From: Phyllobates terribilis
Lineage: Eukaryota
Length of the DNA: 64,000 nucleotides
Assembly: GCF_046119375.1 (NCBI RefSeq)
Contig: NW_027362769.1
Coordinates: 386,074,001-386,138,000 of the forward strand
Reading direction: 5' to 3'
Shown: positions 25,229 through 39,772 of the stretch, piece by piece
Numbering within the stretch: the stretch's first letter is position 1
How the letters are laid out: each line of letters starts with the position of its first letter
The notes under the pieces: generated by a model
Seen by the model: the letters and a program-made list of their open reading frames with translations, nothing else
Database searches by the model: none
What the model was told of the DNA's origin: nothing
Translations under genes and position numbers: made by a program

Positions 25229-28200
25229 CAGAGGCGTGCTTAGGGTTTTGGTTCAGGGGGGCAAAACTTCTGAGTGGACCCCTAACCAGGTAATCCTGAT
25301 TACAGCTATGGTGGCACACCCAGAGAGTGGATGTAGGAGAACCTCAGCAGATGACCGCGCTGTTTCTGAGAATAATCTCTATACGGCACTGATATTACCG
25401 CCATATGGTGACATATATTGATAGATACCAGTCCTGCAGAACATATAAGAGATCACAGCACAGTTATATATAGTGACTTACAGCTGACGTTCTTTCTGAT
25501 TAAATTGTTCACTTTTCCTGTCTTTTCCATCTGGCCCAGACCGACACGACAACTTCTCCATCCAGGACTCAGAGTCTCAGATCTGCAGAGATCACAACAA
25601 AGACACATCTGACTCCTTACATTTCAGGCCCCGTCCCCATCTATCCCCAACCTGCACAAACCCCAATACTGAGCCGCTGCTGCCATGTCCCTATTACTGC
25701 ACCTGATGTGGGGTGCTGTGCGCCCTCTAGATGGTAAAGCAAACCTCTAGATTATATTAATGCCGTGTGCTAGTGCCCTAGAAAACAGTGCCCACATTGT
25801 GCCCCCTAGAAAGTAATAATGCCCTCTGTGTGCCCCTCTGATAGTTACAATAACCTGAGTTCCCCTATAACAATAGGTGCCCACTTAACATTTAATAATG
25901 TTCCACGTTTCCCCCCATATACAGCTCCTCTATACACAGTATGATGCTCACCTATACACAGTATAATCCCCCCTCACTGTATAGTACCCCACACAGTATA
26001 CTGACCCCTTAGTAGCCCCCAAACTGATGGCTCCAACACTGTGTGATGGACCCCACATTATCTCCCACACTGTATAAATAGCCTACATATAGTACACTGC
26101 ACCAGATAGTCCCCTTATAGGCAGAGTCCGTAGCATAATCCCCCCCATAGGCAGTCTGTAGCATAATCTCCCCCCATTGGCAGTCTGTAGCATAATCTCC
26201 CCTCCCATAGTCAGTCTGTAGCATAATCTCCCCCCCACCATAGGCAGTCTGTTGCATAATCCTCCCCCATAGGCAGTCTGTAGCATAATCTCCCTCCCCC
26301 ATAGGCAGTCTGTAGCATAATCTCCCCCCCCATAGGCAGTCTGTAGCATAATCTCCCCCCCCATAGGCAGTCTGTAGCATAATCCCCCCATAGGCAGTCT
26401 GCAGCATAATCTCCCCCCCATAGGCAGTCTGTAGCATAATCCCCCCATAGGCAGTCTGGAGCAAAATCCCCCCCCCCCCCCATAGGCAGTCTGTAGCATA
26501 ATCTCCCCCCCCATAGGCAGTCTGTAGCATAATCCCCCCAATAGGCAGCCTGTAGCAGAATTCCCCCCATAGGCAGTCTGTAGCATAGTCTCCCCCTCAT
26601 AGGCAGTCTGTAGCATAATCCCCCCAAGGGTAGTCTGCAGCATAATCTCCCCCCCATAGGCAGTCTGTAGCATAATCCCCCCATAGGCAGTCTGGAGCAA
26701 AATCCCCCCCCCCCCCATAGGCAGTCTGGAGCATAATCCCCCCCATAGGCAGTCTGTAACATAATCTCCCCCCCCCCATAGGCAGTCTGGAGCATAATCC
26801 CCCCCATAGGCAGTCTGTAACATAATCTCCCCCCCATAGGCAGTCTGTAACATAATCTCCCCCCCATAGGCAGTCTGTAGCACAATCCCCCCCCATAGGC
26901 AGTCTGTAGTATATTCTCCCCCCGATAGGCAGTCTGTAGTATAATCTCCCCCTGATAGGCAGTCTGTAGCATAATCCCCCACCATAGGCAGTCTGTAGCA
27001 TAATCCCCCCCATAGACAGTCTGTAGCATAATCTCCCTCCCATAGGCAGTCTGTAGCATAATCTCCCCCCCATAGGCAGTCTGTAGCATAATCTCCCCCC
27101 CATAGGCAGTCTGTAGCATAATCTCCCAACCCATAGGCAGTCTGTAGCATAATCTCCCAACCCATAGGCAGTCTGTAGCATAATCTCCCAACCCATAGGC
27201 AGTCTGTAGCATAATCTACCCCCCACAGGCAGTCTGTAGCATAACCCCCCCCCCCCCATAGGCAGTCTGTAGCATAATCTTCCCCCATAAGCAGTCTGTA
27301 GCATAATCCCCCCATAGGCAGTCTGCAGCATAATCTCCCAACCCATAGGCAGTCTGTAGCATAATCTCCCCCCCATAGGCAGTCTGTAGCATAATCTCCC
27401 CCCCATAGGCAGTCTGTAGCATAATCTCCCCAACATAGGCAGTCTGTAGTATAATCCCCCCCCCCCCATAGGCAGCCCGTAGCATAATCCCCCCCCATAG
27501 GCAGTCTATAGTATATTCCCCCCCCCATAGGCAGTCTGTAGCATAATCTCCCCCCATAGGCAGTCTGTAGCATAATCCCCCCCCATAGGCAGTCTGTAGC
27601 ATAATCTCCCCACCCCCCATAGGCAGTCTGTAGCATAATCCCCCCATAGGCAGTCTGGAGCATAATCCCCCCATAGGCAGTCTGGAGCATAATCTCCCCC
27701 TCATAGGCAGTCTGTAGCATAATCCCCCCATAGGTAGTCTGCAGCATAATCTCCCCCCATTGGCAGTCTGTAGCATAATCCCCCATAGACAGTCTGGAGC
27801 ATAATCTGCCCCCCCCCCCCCCCATAGGCAGTCTGTAGCATAAACCCCCCCCCCATAGGCAGTCTGTAGCATAATCTCCCCTTCATAGGCAGTCTGCAGC
27901 ATAATCTCCCCCCATAGGCAGTCTGTAGCATAATCCCCACCCCCCATAGGCAGTCTGTAGCATAATCCCCACCCCCCATAGGCAGTCTGTAGCATAATCC
28001 CCACCCCCCATAGGCAGTCTGTAGCATAATCTCCCCCCATAGGCAGTCTGCAGTATAATCCCCCCGATAGGCAGCCTGTAGCAGAATTCCTCCCCATAGG
28101 CAGTCTGTAGCATAATCTCCCCCTCATAGGCAGTCTGTAGTATATTTCCCCCCATAGGCAGTCTGTAGCATAACCCCCCCATATGTAGTCTGCAGCATAA

Positions 28201-31200
28201 TCCCCCCATAGGTAGTCTGCAGCATAATCTCCCCCCATAGGTAGTGTGTAGCATAATCCCCCCCCCCATAGGCAGTCTGTAGCATAATCTCCCCCAATTG
28301 GCAGTCTGTAGCATAATCTCCCCCCCATAGGCAGTCTGTAGTATAATTCCCCCCCCCATAGGCAGTCTGTAGCATAATCCCCCCCATAGGCAGACTGTAG
28401 CATAATCCCCCCCATATGCAGTCTGTAGTATAATCTCCCCCCCCCCCCCGATAGGCAGTCTGTAGCATAATCTCCCCCCATTGGCAGTCTGTAGCATAAT
28501 CTCTCCCCCATAGGCAGTCTGTAGTATAATTCCCCCCCCCATAGGCAGTCTGTAGCATAATCCCCCCATAGGCAGACTGTAGCATAATCCCCCCCATAGG
28601 CAGTCTGTAGCATAATCTCCCTCCCATAGGCAGTCTGTAGCATAATCCCCCCCCCCCATAGGCAGTCTGTAGCATAATCCCCCCCATAGGCAGTCTGTAG
28701 CATAATCTTCCCTCATAGGCAGTCTGTAGCATAATCTTCCCCCCATATTCAGTCTGTAGCATAATCTCCCAACCCATAGGCAGTCTGTAGCATAATCCCC
28801 CCATAGGCAGTCTGTAGCATAATCTCCCAACCCATAGGCAGTCTGTAGCATAATCCCCCCATAGGCAGTCTGTAGCATAATCTCCCAACCCATAGGCAGT
28901 CTGTAGCATAATCCCCCCATAGGCAGTCTGTAGCATAATCTCCCAACCCATAGGCAGTCTGTAGCATAATCTCCCAACCCATAGGCAGTCTGTAGCATAA
29001 TCTCCTAACCCATAGGCAGTCTGTAGCATAATCTCCCAACCCATAGGCATTCTGTAGCATAATCTCCTCCCCCATAGGCAGTCTGTAGCATAATCTCCCA
29101 ACCCATAGGCAGTCTGTAGCATAATCCCCCCCATAGGCAGTCTGTAGCATAATCCCCCCCATAGGCAGTCTGTAGCATAATCCCCCCCATAGGCAGTCTG
29201 TAGCATAATCCCCCATAGGCAGTCTGTTGCATAATTTCCCCCATAGGCAGTCTGTTGCATAATTTCCCCCATAGGCAGCCTGTAGCAAACCCCCCCCCCC
29301 CATGGGCAGTCTGTAGCATAATCTCCCCCTCATAGGCAGTTTGTGGTATAATCTCCCCACCCCAGAGGCAGTCTGTAGCATAATCCCCCCAATAGGCAGG
29401 TTGTAGTATAATCTCCCCCCTCTATAGGCAGTCTGTAGCATAATCTTCCACCCCCCCATAGGCAGTCTGTAGTATAATATTCCCCTATAGGCAGTCTGTA
29501 GCATAATCTTCCACCCCCCCATAGGCAGTCTGTAGTATAATCTCACCCCCCCCCCAAAGGCAGTCTGCAGTATAATCTCCCCCACCCATAGGCAGTCTGT
29601 CGCATAATCTCCCACCCCCCATAGGCAGTCTGCAGTATAATCTCCCCCCATAAACAGTCTGCAGTATAATACCCCCCCATAGGAAGTCTGTAGTATAATC
29701 ACCCCCCATAGGCAGTCTGTATTATAATCCCCCCCCCCCATAGGCAGTCTGTAGCATAATTTCCCCCCCATAGGCCGTCTGTAGTATAATTCCCCCCCCC
29801 CCCATAGGCAGTCTGTAGCATAATTTCCCTCCATAGGCCGTCTGTAGTATAATCTCCTCCCCATAGGCAGTCTGTAGTATAATCTCCCCCCATGGGAAGT
29901 TTGTAGTATAATCTCCTCCCCCCCATAGGCAGTCTGTAGTATAATCACCCCCCATAGGCAGTCTGCAGCATAATTTCCCCCCCCCCCCATAGGCAGTCTG
30001 CAACATAATCTCCCCCCCATAGGCAGTCTGCAGCATAATTCCCCCCCCCCATAGGCAGTCTGCAGCATAATTCCCCCCCCCCATAGGCAGTCTGCAGCAT
30101 ACTCTCCCCCCCATAGGCAGTTTGTAGTATAATCCCCCCATAGGCAGTCTGTAGTATAATCTTCCCCCATAGGCAGTCTGCAGCATAATCTCCCCCCCCC
30201 ATAGGCAGTCTGCAGCATAATCTCCCACCCCCATGGGCAGTTTGCAGCATAATCCTCCCCATAGGCAGTCTGCAGTATAATCTCACCCCATAGGCAGTCT
30301 GCAGCATAATCTCCCCCCCCCCATAGGCAGTCTGTAGTATAATCTCCTCCCCCCCAGTAGGCAGTCTATAGTATAATCACCCCCCATAGGCAGTCTGTAG
30401 TATAATCCCCCCCCATAGGCAGTCTGTAGTATAATCCCCCCCCCATAGGCAGTCTGTAGTATAATCTCACACCCCCCAATAGGCAGTCTGTAGCATAATC
30501 TCCCCACCATAGGCGGTTTGTTGCATAATCTCCTTCCCCCATAGGCAGTCTGTAGTATAATCCCCCCCATAGGCAGTCTGTAGTATAATCTCACACCCCC
30601 CAATAGGCAGTCTGTAATATAATCTCCTCCCCTTTATAGGCAGTCTGTAGCATAATCTCCCCCCATAGGTAGTTTGTAGCATAATCTCCTCCCCCCATAG
30701 GCAGTCTGTAGGATAGTCTCCCCCCCATAGGCAGTCTGCAGCATAGTCTCCCCCCCATAGGCAGTCTGCATCATAATCTTCCACCACCATAGGCGGTCTG
30801 TAGTATAATCTCCCCCCACCATAGGTAGTCTGTAGCATAATATCCCCCCCATAGGCAGTCTGTAGTATAATCCCCCCCCCATAGGCAGTCTGTAGCATAA
30901 TCCCCCCCATAGGCCGTCGGTAGTATGTCACCCCCCCCCCAAAGGCAGTCGGTAGTATGTCACCCCCCCCCAAAGGCAGTCTGTAGTACAATCTCCCCCC
31001 ACCATAGGTAGTCTGTAGCATAATATCCCCCCCATAGGCAGTCTGTAGTATAATCCCCCCCCATAGGCAGTCTGTAGCATAATACCCCCCATAGGCAGTC
31101 GGTAGTATGTCACCCCCCCCAAAGGCAGTCTGTAGTACAATCTCCTCACCCCCATAGACAGTCTGTAGCAAAATCCCCCCTATAGGCAGTCTGTAGTATA

Positions 31201-33044
31201 ATCTCCTCCCCCCATAGGCAGTCAGTAGCATAATGTCCCCCCCATAGGAAGTTTGTAGTATAATCTCCTCCCCCCAGTAGGCAGTCTGTAACATAATCCC
31301 CCCCATAGGAAGTTTGTATTATAATCTCCTCCCCCATAGGCAGTCTGTAGCATAATCCCCACCATAGGAAGTCTGTAGAAACCCCCTCGTAGGCAGTCTG
31401 TAGCATAATCTCACCCCCCCCCCATAAGCAGTCTGTAGTATAATCTCCTTCCCCTCATTAGCAGTTTGTAGTATAATCTCCTCCCCACCATAGGAAGTCT
31501 GTAGAAACACCCCCCCCCCCCCCTATAGGCAGTCTATAGCATAATCCCCCCCTCATAGGCAGTCTGCAGCATAATCTCCCCCCATAGGCAGTCTGCAGTA
31601 TAATCCCTCCCCCAATAGGCAGTCTGTAGCATAATCCCCCCATAGGCAGTCTGCAGTATAATCCCTCCCCCAATAGGCAGTCTGTAGCATAATCCCCCCA
31701 TAGGCAGTCTGTAGCATAACCTCTGACCCCCATAGGCAGTCTGTAGTATAATCCCTCCCCCAATAGGCAGTCTGTAGCATAATCCCCCCATAGGCAGTCT
31801 GTAGCATAACCTCCCACCCCCATAGGCAGTCTGTAGTATAATCCCTCCCCCAATAGGCAGTCTGTAGCATACTCCCCTCCATAGGCAGTCTGTAGCATAA
31901 TCTCCCACCCTATAGGCAGTAGGCAGTTTGTAGTATAATCTCCTCCCCCCATTGGCAATTTGTAGTATAATCTCCCCCCCATAGGCAGTCTGTAGCATAA
32001 TCTCCCCCCCATAGGCAGTCTGTAGCATAATCTCCCCCCCATAGGCAGTCTGTAGCATAATCTCCCCCCCATAGGCAGTCTGTAGCATAATCTCCCCCCC
32101 ATAGGCAGTCTGTAGCGTAATCTCCCCCCCATAGGCAGTCTGTAGTGTAATGCCCCCCCTTAGGCAGTCTGTAGTGTAATGCCCCCCCTTAGGCAGTCTG
32201 TAGTGTAATGCCCCCCCCATAGGCAGTCTGTAGTATAATCTCCCCCCATAGGCAGTCTGTAGTATAATCTCCCCCCATAGGCAGTCTGTATTATAATCTC
32301 CCCCCATAGGCAGTCTGTATTATAATCTCCCCCCATAGGCAGTCTGTAGTATAATCCCCCCCCATAGGCAGTCTGTAGTATAATCCCCCCCCCCATAGGC
32401 AGTCTGTAGTATAATCCCCCCCCCATAGGCAGTCTGTAGTATAATCTCCCCCCCATAGGCAGTCTGTAGTATAATCTCCCCCCCCATAGGCAGTCTGTAG
32501 TATAATCTCCCCCCCATAGGCAGTCTGTAGTATAATCTCCCCCCCATAGGCAGTCTGTAGTATAATGTCCCACCCCCCATAAGGAAAGTATGTAGCATAA
32601 TATCTCCTCCCCCAACAGGAAAAATAAATAAACACAGTAGTCACCTCTCCTCCTCGTTCTCTCGCTGCTCCGCACAGGCCCGCACACATCTTCAGCACAG
32701 TGTCCGGGCGCCAGGTGATGACGTCATTGACGTCAGACGCAGAGGGGGGACTGAGGGGAGAGAGAGCGTCGCGCTCCTTCTCTCATCAGTTAATTTGCGG
32801 CGGTGACGGGCGGGGGAGCCAGATGCTGGCACCGGGCCCCCGCCTCCTGCTCAAGGGCCGCATATCGGCCGCCGGGCAGTGCAGGGACATCCAGTGACAG
32901 TCTCCCTGATCTGCCCGGAGTGTAACTGTAAAGGCGTGCTGTGCACACTGATACAGTTACAGTAGCGTAGCTTCGGGTGGGCCCCTTCAGAGCGCGGGGC
33001 CCAGGGCCACCGCCCCCCTCTGCCCCCCGGTAGCTACACTACTG
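25229..33044. mobile_element. Probable hAT-type non-autonomous element inflated by a 6.5-kb minisatellite
   Basis: Ends CAGAGGCGTGCT... and ...GTAGCTACACTACTG resemble CAGTGGCGTAGCTA-type TIRs; CpG-rich core at 32640-33040. TSD not confirmed. Confidence 0.45.
26130..32590. repeat. About 31-bp minisatellite (cataggcagtctgtagcataatctcccccc), roughly 200 copies
   Basis: Continuous tandem units with variable C-run length. Confidence 0.97.
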
Positions 33045-33064
33045 TACAGTGTACTGTGTACAAA

Positions 33065-35130
33065 TATTACATTACTGATCCTGTACTGATCCTGAGTTAC
33101 ATCCTGTATTATACTCCAGAGCTGCACTCACTATTCTGCTGGTGCAGTCACTGTGTACATACATTACATTACTGATCCTGAGTTACATCCTGTATTATAC
33201 CCAAGAGCTGCACTCACTATTCTGCTGGTGCAGTCACTGTGTACATACATTACATTACTGATCCTGAGTTACATCCTGTATTATACCCCAGAGCTGCCCT
33301 CACTATTCTGCTGGTGCAGTCACTGTGTACATACATTACATTACTGATCCTGAGTTACATCCTGTATTATACTCCAGAGCTGCACTCACTATTCTGCTGG
33401 TGCAGTCACTGTGTGCATACATTACATTACTGATCCTGAGTTACATCCTGTATTATACTCCAGAGCTGCACTCACTATTCTGCTGGTGCAGTCACTGTGT
33501 ACATACATGACATTACTGATCCTGAGTTACCTCCTGCATTATACTCCAGAGCTGCCCTCACTATTCTGCTGGTGCAGTCACTGTGTACATACATTACATT
33601 ACTGATCCTGAGATACATCCTGTATTATACTCCAGAGCTGCACTCACAATTCTGCTGGTGCAGTCACTGTGTACATACATTACATTACTGATCCTGAGTT
33701 ACATCCTGTATTATACTCCAGAGCTGCACTTACTATTCTGCTGGTGCAGTCACTGTGTACATACATGACATTACTGATCCTGAGTTACCTCCTGCATTAT
33801 ACTCCAGAGCTGCCCTCACTATTCTGCTGGTGCAGTCACTGTGTACATACATTACATTACTGATCCTGAGTTACATCCTGTATTATACTCCAGAGCTGCA
33901 CTCACTATTCTGCTGGTGCAGTCACTGTGTACATACATTACTGATCCCGAGTTACATCCTGTATTATACTCCAGAGCTGCACTCACTATTCTGCTGGTGG
34001 GGTCGCTGTGTACTTACATTACATTACTGATCCTGAGTTACATCCCGTATTATACTCCAGAGCTGCACTCACTATTCTGCTGGTGCAGTCACTGTGTACA
34101 TACATTACATTACTGATCCTGAGTTACATCCTGTATTATACTCCAGAGCTGCACTCATTACTCTGCTGGTGGAGTCACTGTGTACATACATTACTAATCC
34201 TGAGTTACATCCTGTATTATACTCCAGAGCTGCACTCACTATTCTGCTGGTGCAGTCACTGTGTACATAGATTACATTACTGATCCTGAGTTACATCCTG
34301 TATTATACTCCGGAGCTGCACTCGCTATTCTGCTGGTGCAGTCACTGTGCACATACATTACATTACTGATCCTGCGTTACATCCTCTATTATACTCCAGA
34401 GCTGCACTCACTATTCTGCTGGTGCAGTCACTGTGTACATACATTACATTACTGAACCTCAGTTACCTCCTGTATTATACTCCAGAGCTGCACTCACTAT
34501 TCTGCTGGTGCAGTCACTGTGTACATACATTACTGATCCTGGGTTACCTCCTGTATTATACTCCAGAGCTGCACTCACTATTCTGCTGGTGCAGTCACTG
34601 TGTACATACATTACTGATCCTGAGTTACATCCTGTATTATACTCCAGAGCTGCACTCACTATTCTGCTGGTGGAGTCACTGTGTACATACATTACATTAC
34701 TGATCCTGAGTTACATCCTGTATTATACTCCAGAGCTGCACTCACTATTCTGCTGGTGCAGTCACTGTGCACATACATTACATTACTGATCCTGAGTTAC
34801 ATCCTGTATTATACTCCAGAGCTGCACTCACTATTCTGCTGGTGCAGTCACTGTGTACATACATTACATTACTGATCCTGAGTTACATCCTGTATTATAC
34901 TCCAGAGCTGCACTCACTATTCTGCTGGTGCAGTCACTGTGTACATACATTACCTTACTGATCCTGAGTTACATCCTGTATTATACTCCAGAGCTGCACT
35001 CACTATTCTGCTGGTGCAGTCACTGTGTACATACATTACATTACTGATCCTGAGTTACCTCCTGTATTATACTCCAGAGCTGCACTCACTATTCTGCTGG
35101 TGCAGTCACTGTGCACATACATTACATTGC
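33065..35130. repeat. 86-bp tandem satellite, about 24 copies
   Basis: Unit gatcctgagttacatcctgtattatactccagagctgcactcactattctgctggtgcagtcactgtgtacatacattacattact; some 81-bp variants. Confidence 0.97.
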
Positions 35131-35944
35131 TTATCCGGAGATATCTTTTGGGGTAAAGTTGAAACTTCCCCTAATTTGAATTAATATGTAAAACTTTGTA
35201 AAGACTGTGAAAAGCAGGGAATGCTGGGATATTTCAGCTCTGGAGTATAATACTGGAAACAAAAAGATATAAAATCAGTGAGTTTCCAGAGTTAGTGGAG
35301 GGTCCTGATATAGGAACAATCCAAGTCCTCACAGTGCTGTGGTCCATACAGATGAGTGAGGTGCTGCCCCCTGTGGTTCCTCCCTTCCCCCGCTCCCGTC
35401 CCTACATGACTTGCACTTTCTGGGACTCTTTGCTGTGTAATGTCGGGATTTCTGCTGCATCATTGTACAGAAACAGAAGAAATCTGCTGAAAGCGCGGAG
35501 ATGCCGCGTCATCGTGTCGTTTCTTCTGTTTCTTCAATTTTGCCGACTAAGAGCTCGAAAAATAAAGGTGAAAAGTAAAATGAAAATAACCTATAATAAT
35601 AATCTACAATCATATAATAAAACATGTCATGTGATGTGATCCTATAAAGTAATATAATAGTATGGACACATCAGGTGATAGCACTATACAAGGGTAGAAT
35701 ATAATAGTGCCCTAATGTAATGACACAAGAGAGTGAGAAGACTGGAAAATAATCGACAAAATGTAGAAATAATAGTAATCACCTAATAGAGGCGAAGAGT
35801 GCAGGGGGTGCAGGCCCCAGCTCTGTATTCAGGGGGCACAGATGGGGGCATATTTATTGTCAGTGTTTCTGCTATGTATATCCCTTTCACATGTAAAGCG
35901 CCATGGAATAAATGGTGCTATAATAATATATAATAATATTTCAT

Positions 35945-38688
35945 TCAGAGAGCACAGTATGGGGCATATATTACTCAGGGGGCACAGTATGGGGCATATA
36001 TTACTCAGGGGCACAGTATGGGGCATATAGTATTCAGGGGGCACAGTATGGGGCATATATTATTCAGGGGGCACAGTATGGGGCATATATTACTCAGGGG
36101 CACAGTATGGGGCATATATTACTCAGGGGCACAGTATGGGGCATATAGTATTCAGGGGGCACAGTATGGGGCATATATTATTCAGGGGGCACAGTATGGG
36201 GCATATATTATTCAGGGGGCACAGTATGGGGCATATATTACTCAGGGGCACAGTATGGGGCATATATTATTCAGGGGCACAGTATGGGGCATATATTATT
36301 CAGGGGGCACAGTATGGGGCATATATTATTCAGGGGGCACAGTATGGGGCATATATTACTCAGGGGACACAGTATGGGGCATATATTATTCAGGCGGCAC
36401 AGTATGGGGCATATATTACTCAGGGGCACAGTATGGGGCATATATTACTCAGGCGGCACAGTATGGGGCATATATTATTCAGGGGACACAGTATAGGGAA
36501 TATATTATTCAGGGGGCACAGTATGGGGCATATATTATTCAGGGGCACAGCATGAAGCGTATTTTATTCAGGGGCACCGTATGGGGCATATATTATTCAG
36601 GGGGCACAGTATGGGGCATATATTATTCAGGGGCACAGCATGAAGCGTATTTTATTCAGGGGCACCGTATGGGGCATACATTACTCAGGCGGCACAGTAT
36701 GGAGCATATATTATTCAGGGGCACAGTATGAGGCATATATTATTCAGGGGCACAGTATGAAGCGTATTTTATTCAGGGGCACAGTATGGGGCATACATTA
36801 CTCAGGCGGCACAGTATGGGGCATATATTATTCAGGGGCACAGTATGGGGCATATATTATTCAGGGGCACAGTATGGGGCATATATTATTCAGGGGCACA
36901 GTATGAGGCATATATTATTCAGGGGCACAGCATGAAGCGTATTTTATTCAGGGGCACCGTATGGGGCATATATTACTCAGGCGGCACAGTATGGGGCATA
37001 TATTATTCAGGGGCACAGTATGAGGCATATATTATTCAGGGGCACAGCATGAAGCGTATTTTATTCAGGGGCACCGTATGGGGCATATATTATTCAGGGG
37101 GCACAGTATGGGGCATATATTATTCAGAGAGCACAGTATGAGACATATATTATTCAGAGAGCACAGTATGAGGCATATATTATTCAGAGAGCACAGTATG
37201 GGGCATATATTATTCAGGGGACACAGTATGGGGCATATATTACTCAGGGGGCACAGTATGGGGCATATATTACTCAGGGGACACAGTATGGGGCATATAT
37301 TATTCAGAGAGCACAGTATGGGGCATATATTATTCAGAGAGCACAGTATGAGGCATATATTATTCAGAGAGCACAGTATGGGGCATATATTACTCAGAGA
37401 GCACAGTATGGGGCATATATTATTCAGAGAGCACAGTATGAGGCATATATTATTCAGAGAGCACAGTATGGGGCATATATTACTCAGAGAGCACAGTATG
37501 GGGCATGTATTACTCAGGGGGCACAGTATGGGGTATATATTATTCAGAGAGCACAGTATGAGGCATATATTATTCAGAGAGCACAGTATGAGGCACATAT
37601 TACTCAGAGAGCACAGTATGAGGCATATATTATTCAGAGAGCACAGTATGAGGCACATATTACTCAGGGGGCACAGTATGGGGCATATATTACTCAGGGG
37701 GCACAGTATAGGGCATATATTACTCAGGGGCACAGAATGGGGCATATATTATTCAGGGGGCACAGTATGGGGCATGTATTATTCAGGGGGCACAGTATGG
37801 GGCATGTATTATTCAGGGGGCACAGTATGGGGCATATATTATTCAGGGGACACAGTATGGGGCATATATTATTCAGGGGGCACAGTATGGGGCATCTATT
37901 ATTCAGGGGAACATTATGGGGCATCTATTATTCAGGGGCACAGTATGGGGCATATATTAATCAGGGGAACATTATGGGGCATATATTAATCAGGGGGCAC
38001 AGTATGGGGCATATATTATTCAGGGGAACAGTATGGGGCATACATTATTCAGGGGGCACAGTATGGGGCATATATTATTCAGGGGAACAGTATGGGGCAT
38101 ATATTATTCAGGGGCACAGTATGGGGCATATATTATTCAGGGGCACAGTATGGGGCATATATTATTCAGGGGAACAGTATGGGGCATATATTATTCAGGG
38201 GGCACAGTATGAGGCATATATTATTCAGGGGAACATTATGGGGCATAAATTATCCAGGGGCACAGTATGGGGCATATATTATTCAGGGGAACAGTATGGG
38301 GATGGGGCATATATTATTCAGGGGGCACAGTATGGGGCATATATTATTCAGGGGATCATTATGGGGCATATATTATTCAGGGGGCACAGTATGGGGCATA
38401 TATTATTCAGGGGAACATTATGGGGCATATATTATTCAGGGGCACAGTATGGGGCATATATTATTCAGGGGAACAGTATGGGGCATATATTATTCAGGGG
38501 GCACAGTATGGGGCATATATTATTCAGGGGAACATTATGGGGCATAAATTATCCAGGGGCACAGTATGGGGCATATATTATTCAGGGGAACAGTATGGGG
38601 ATGGGGCATATATTATTCAGGGGCATAGTATGGGGCATATATTATTCAGGGGAACATTATGGGGCATATATTATTCAGGGGAACAGTA
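35945..38688. repeat. 29-30-bp minisatellite (cagggggcacagtatggggcatatattatt), about 90 copies; degenerate remnants at 39654-39772 and 40966-41030
   Basis: Tandem units; the array continues beyond two LTR insertions. Confidence 0.96.
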
Positions 38689-39653
38689 TGTTGAGGAGAG
38701 CCATAGGATCAAATACTTAAATAACCTCAAGACATAGGAGATTGAGAGAAAAGACCCACAAAGTGTATTATTTCACCTTACATAAGCTTGTTTAGATCAA
38801 AAGATGGCTGCCATTTCCTGTTTCATCACACCATGCTCTGTTCTGGGAGGAAGCTGCATTCTATAGAAGGACTAACCAACCACAGAGCGACACATCGCAT
38901 GGATCACGCCTCCTGATGACCTCATGGACTATGCCCGCTGATGACCTCATGGATCACGCCCCCCTGATGACATCATGGATCACGCCCCCTGATGACCTCA
39001 TGGACCACGCCCCCTGATGATCTAATGGACCACGTCCCCTGATGACCTCACGGACCACGCCCCTGATGACCTCACGGACCACGCCCCCTGATGACCTCAC
39101 GGACCACGCCCCCTGATGACCTCACGGACCACGTCCCCTGATGACCTCACGGACCACGTCCCCTGATGACCTCACGGACCACGTCCCCTGATGACCTCAC
39201 GGACCACGTCCCCTGATGACCTCACGGACCACGTCCCCTGATGACCTCACGGACCACGTCCCCTGATGACCTCACGGACCACGCCCCTGATGACTTCACG
39301 GACCACGTCCCCTGATGACTTCATGGATCACGCCCCTGATAACCTCATGGACCACACCCCCTGATGCCCTCATGGACCAAACCCACCCTGATGACCTCAT
39401 GGATCTGCCCATGGACTAACCAATGAATACATCTGGTTACTCACATTCTAGGGCTAACCAAGCCCCTATTTACAGTTTATATAAGTCTATGTTCGGGTTG
39501 AATAAAGACACTTGGAGCTGTGCCATAGCTGATCAAGGAGAGCTTACATCCGACTGTGTGTGTCTGATGTTATTCTTTCTTGCATGCACTTGATCATATC
39601 CATTAGGCCAGGAGCAGGCAACTAGCGAACATACCAAAATGTTCACCCTAACA
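38689..39653 (+). mobile_element. Solo LTR (family b), 965 bp, with internal 23-24-bp repeat array
   Basis: TGTT...AACA termini; 4-bp TSD AGTA (38685-38688 and 39654-39657). TTTATATAAG at 39476-39485; AATAAA at 39501-39506. About 21 copies of ctgatgacctcacggaccacgtccc at 38898-39405. Confidence 0.88.
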
Positions 39654-39772
39654 AGTATGGGTCATAATTTAATCAGGAGGCACAGTATGGGGTATATTTT
39701 ATTCAGGGGGTACAGTATTGGGAATATTTAATTCAGGGGGCACAATATGTAACATATTCTATTCAGGGCACA

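Noticed and set aside
26009-32698. Long ORFs up to 580 aa (MLQTAYGG/DYATDCLWG/RLCYRLPMG repeats)
   Set aside because: They are translations of a stop-poor 31-bp minisatellite; the same peptides appear in all three frames and switch with C-run length.
33153-38737. Repetitive ORFs MYIHYITDPELHP... and MGHILFRGHS...
   Set aside because: Translations of the 86-bp and 30-bp satellites; no splice structure or domain.
38898-39405. Repeated CTGATGA as hammerhead core or snoRNA C/D box
   Set aside because: No downstream stem II/GAAA and no box pairing or terminal stems; it is simply part of the LTR repeat unit.
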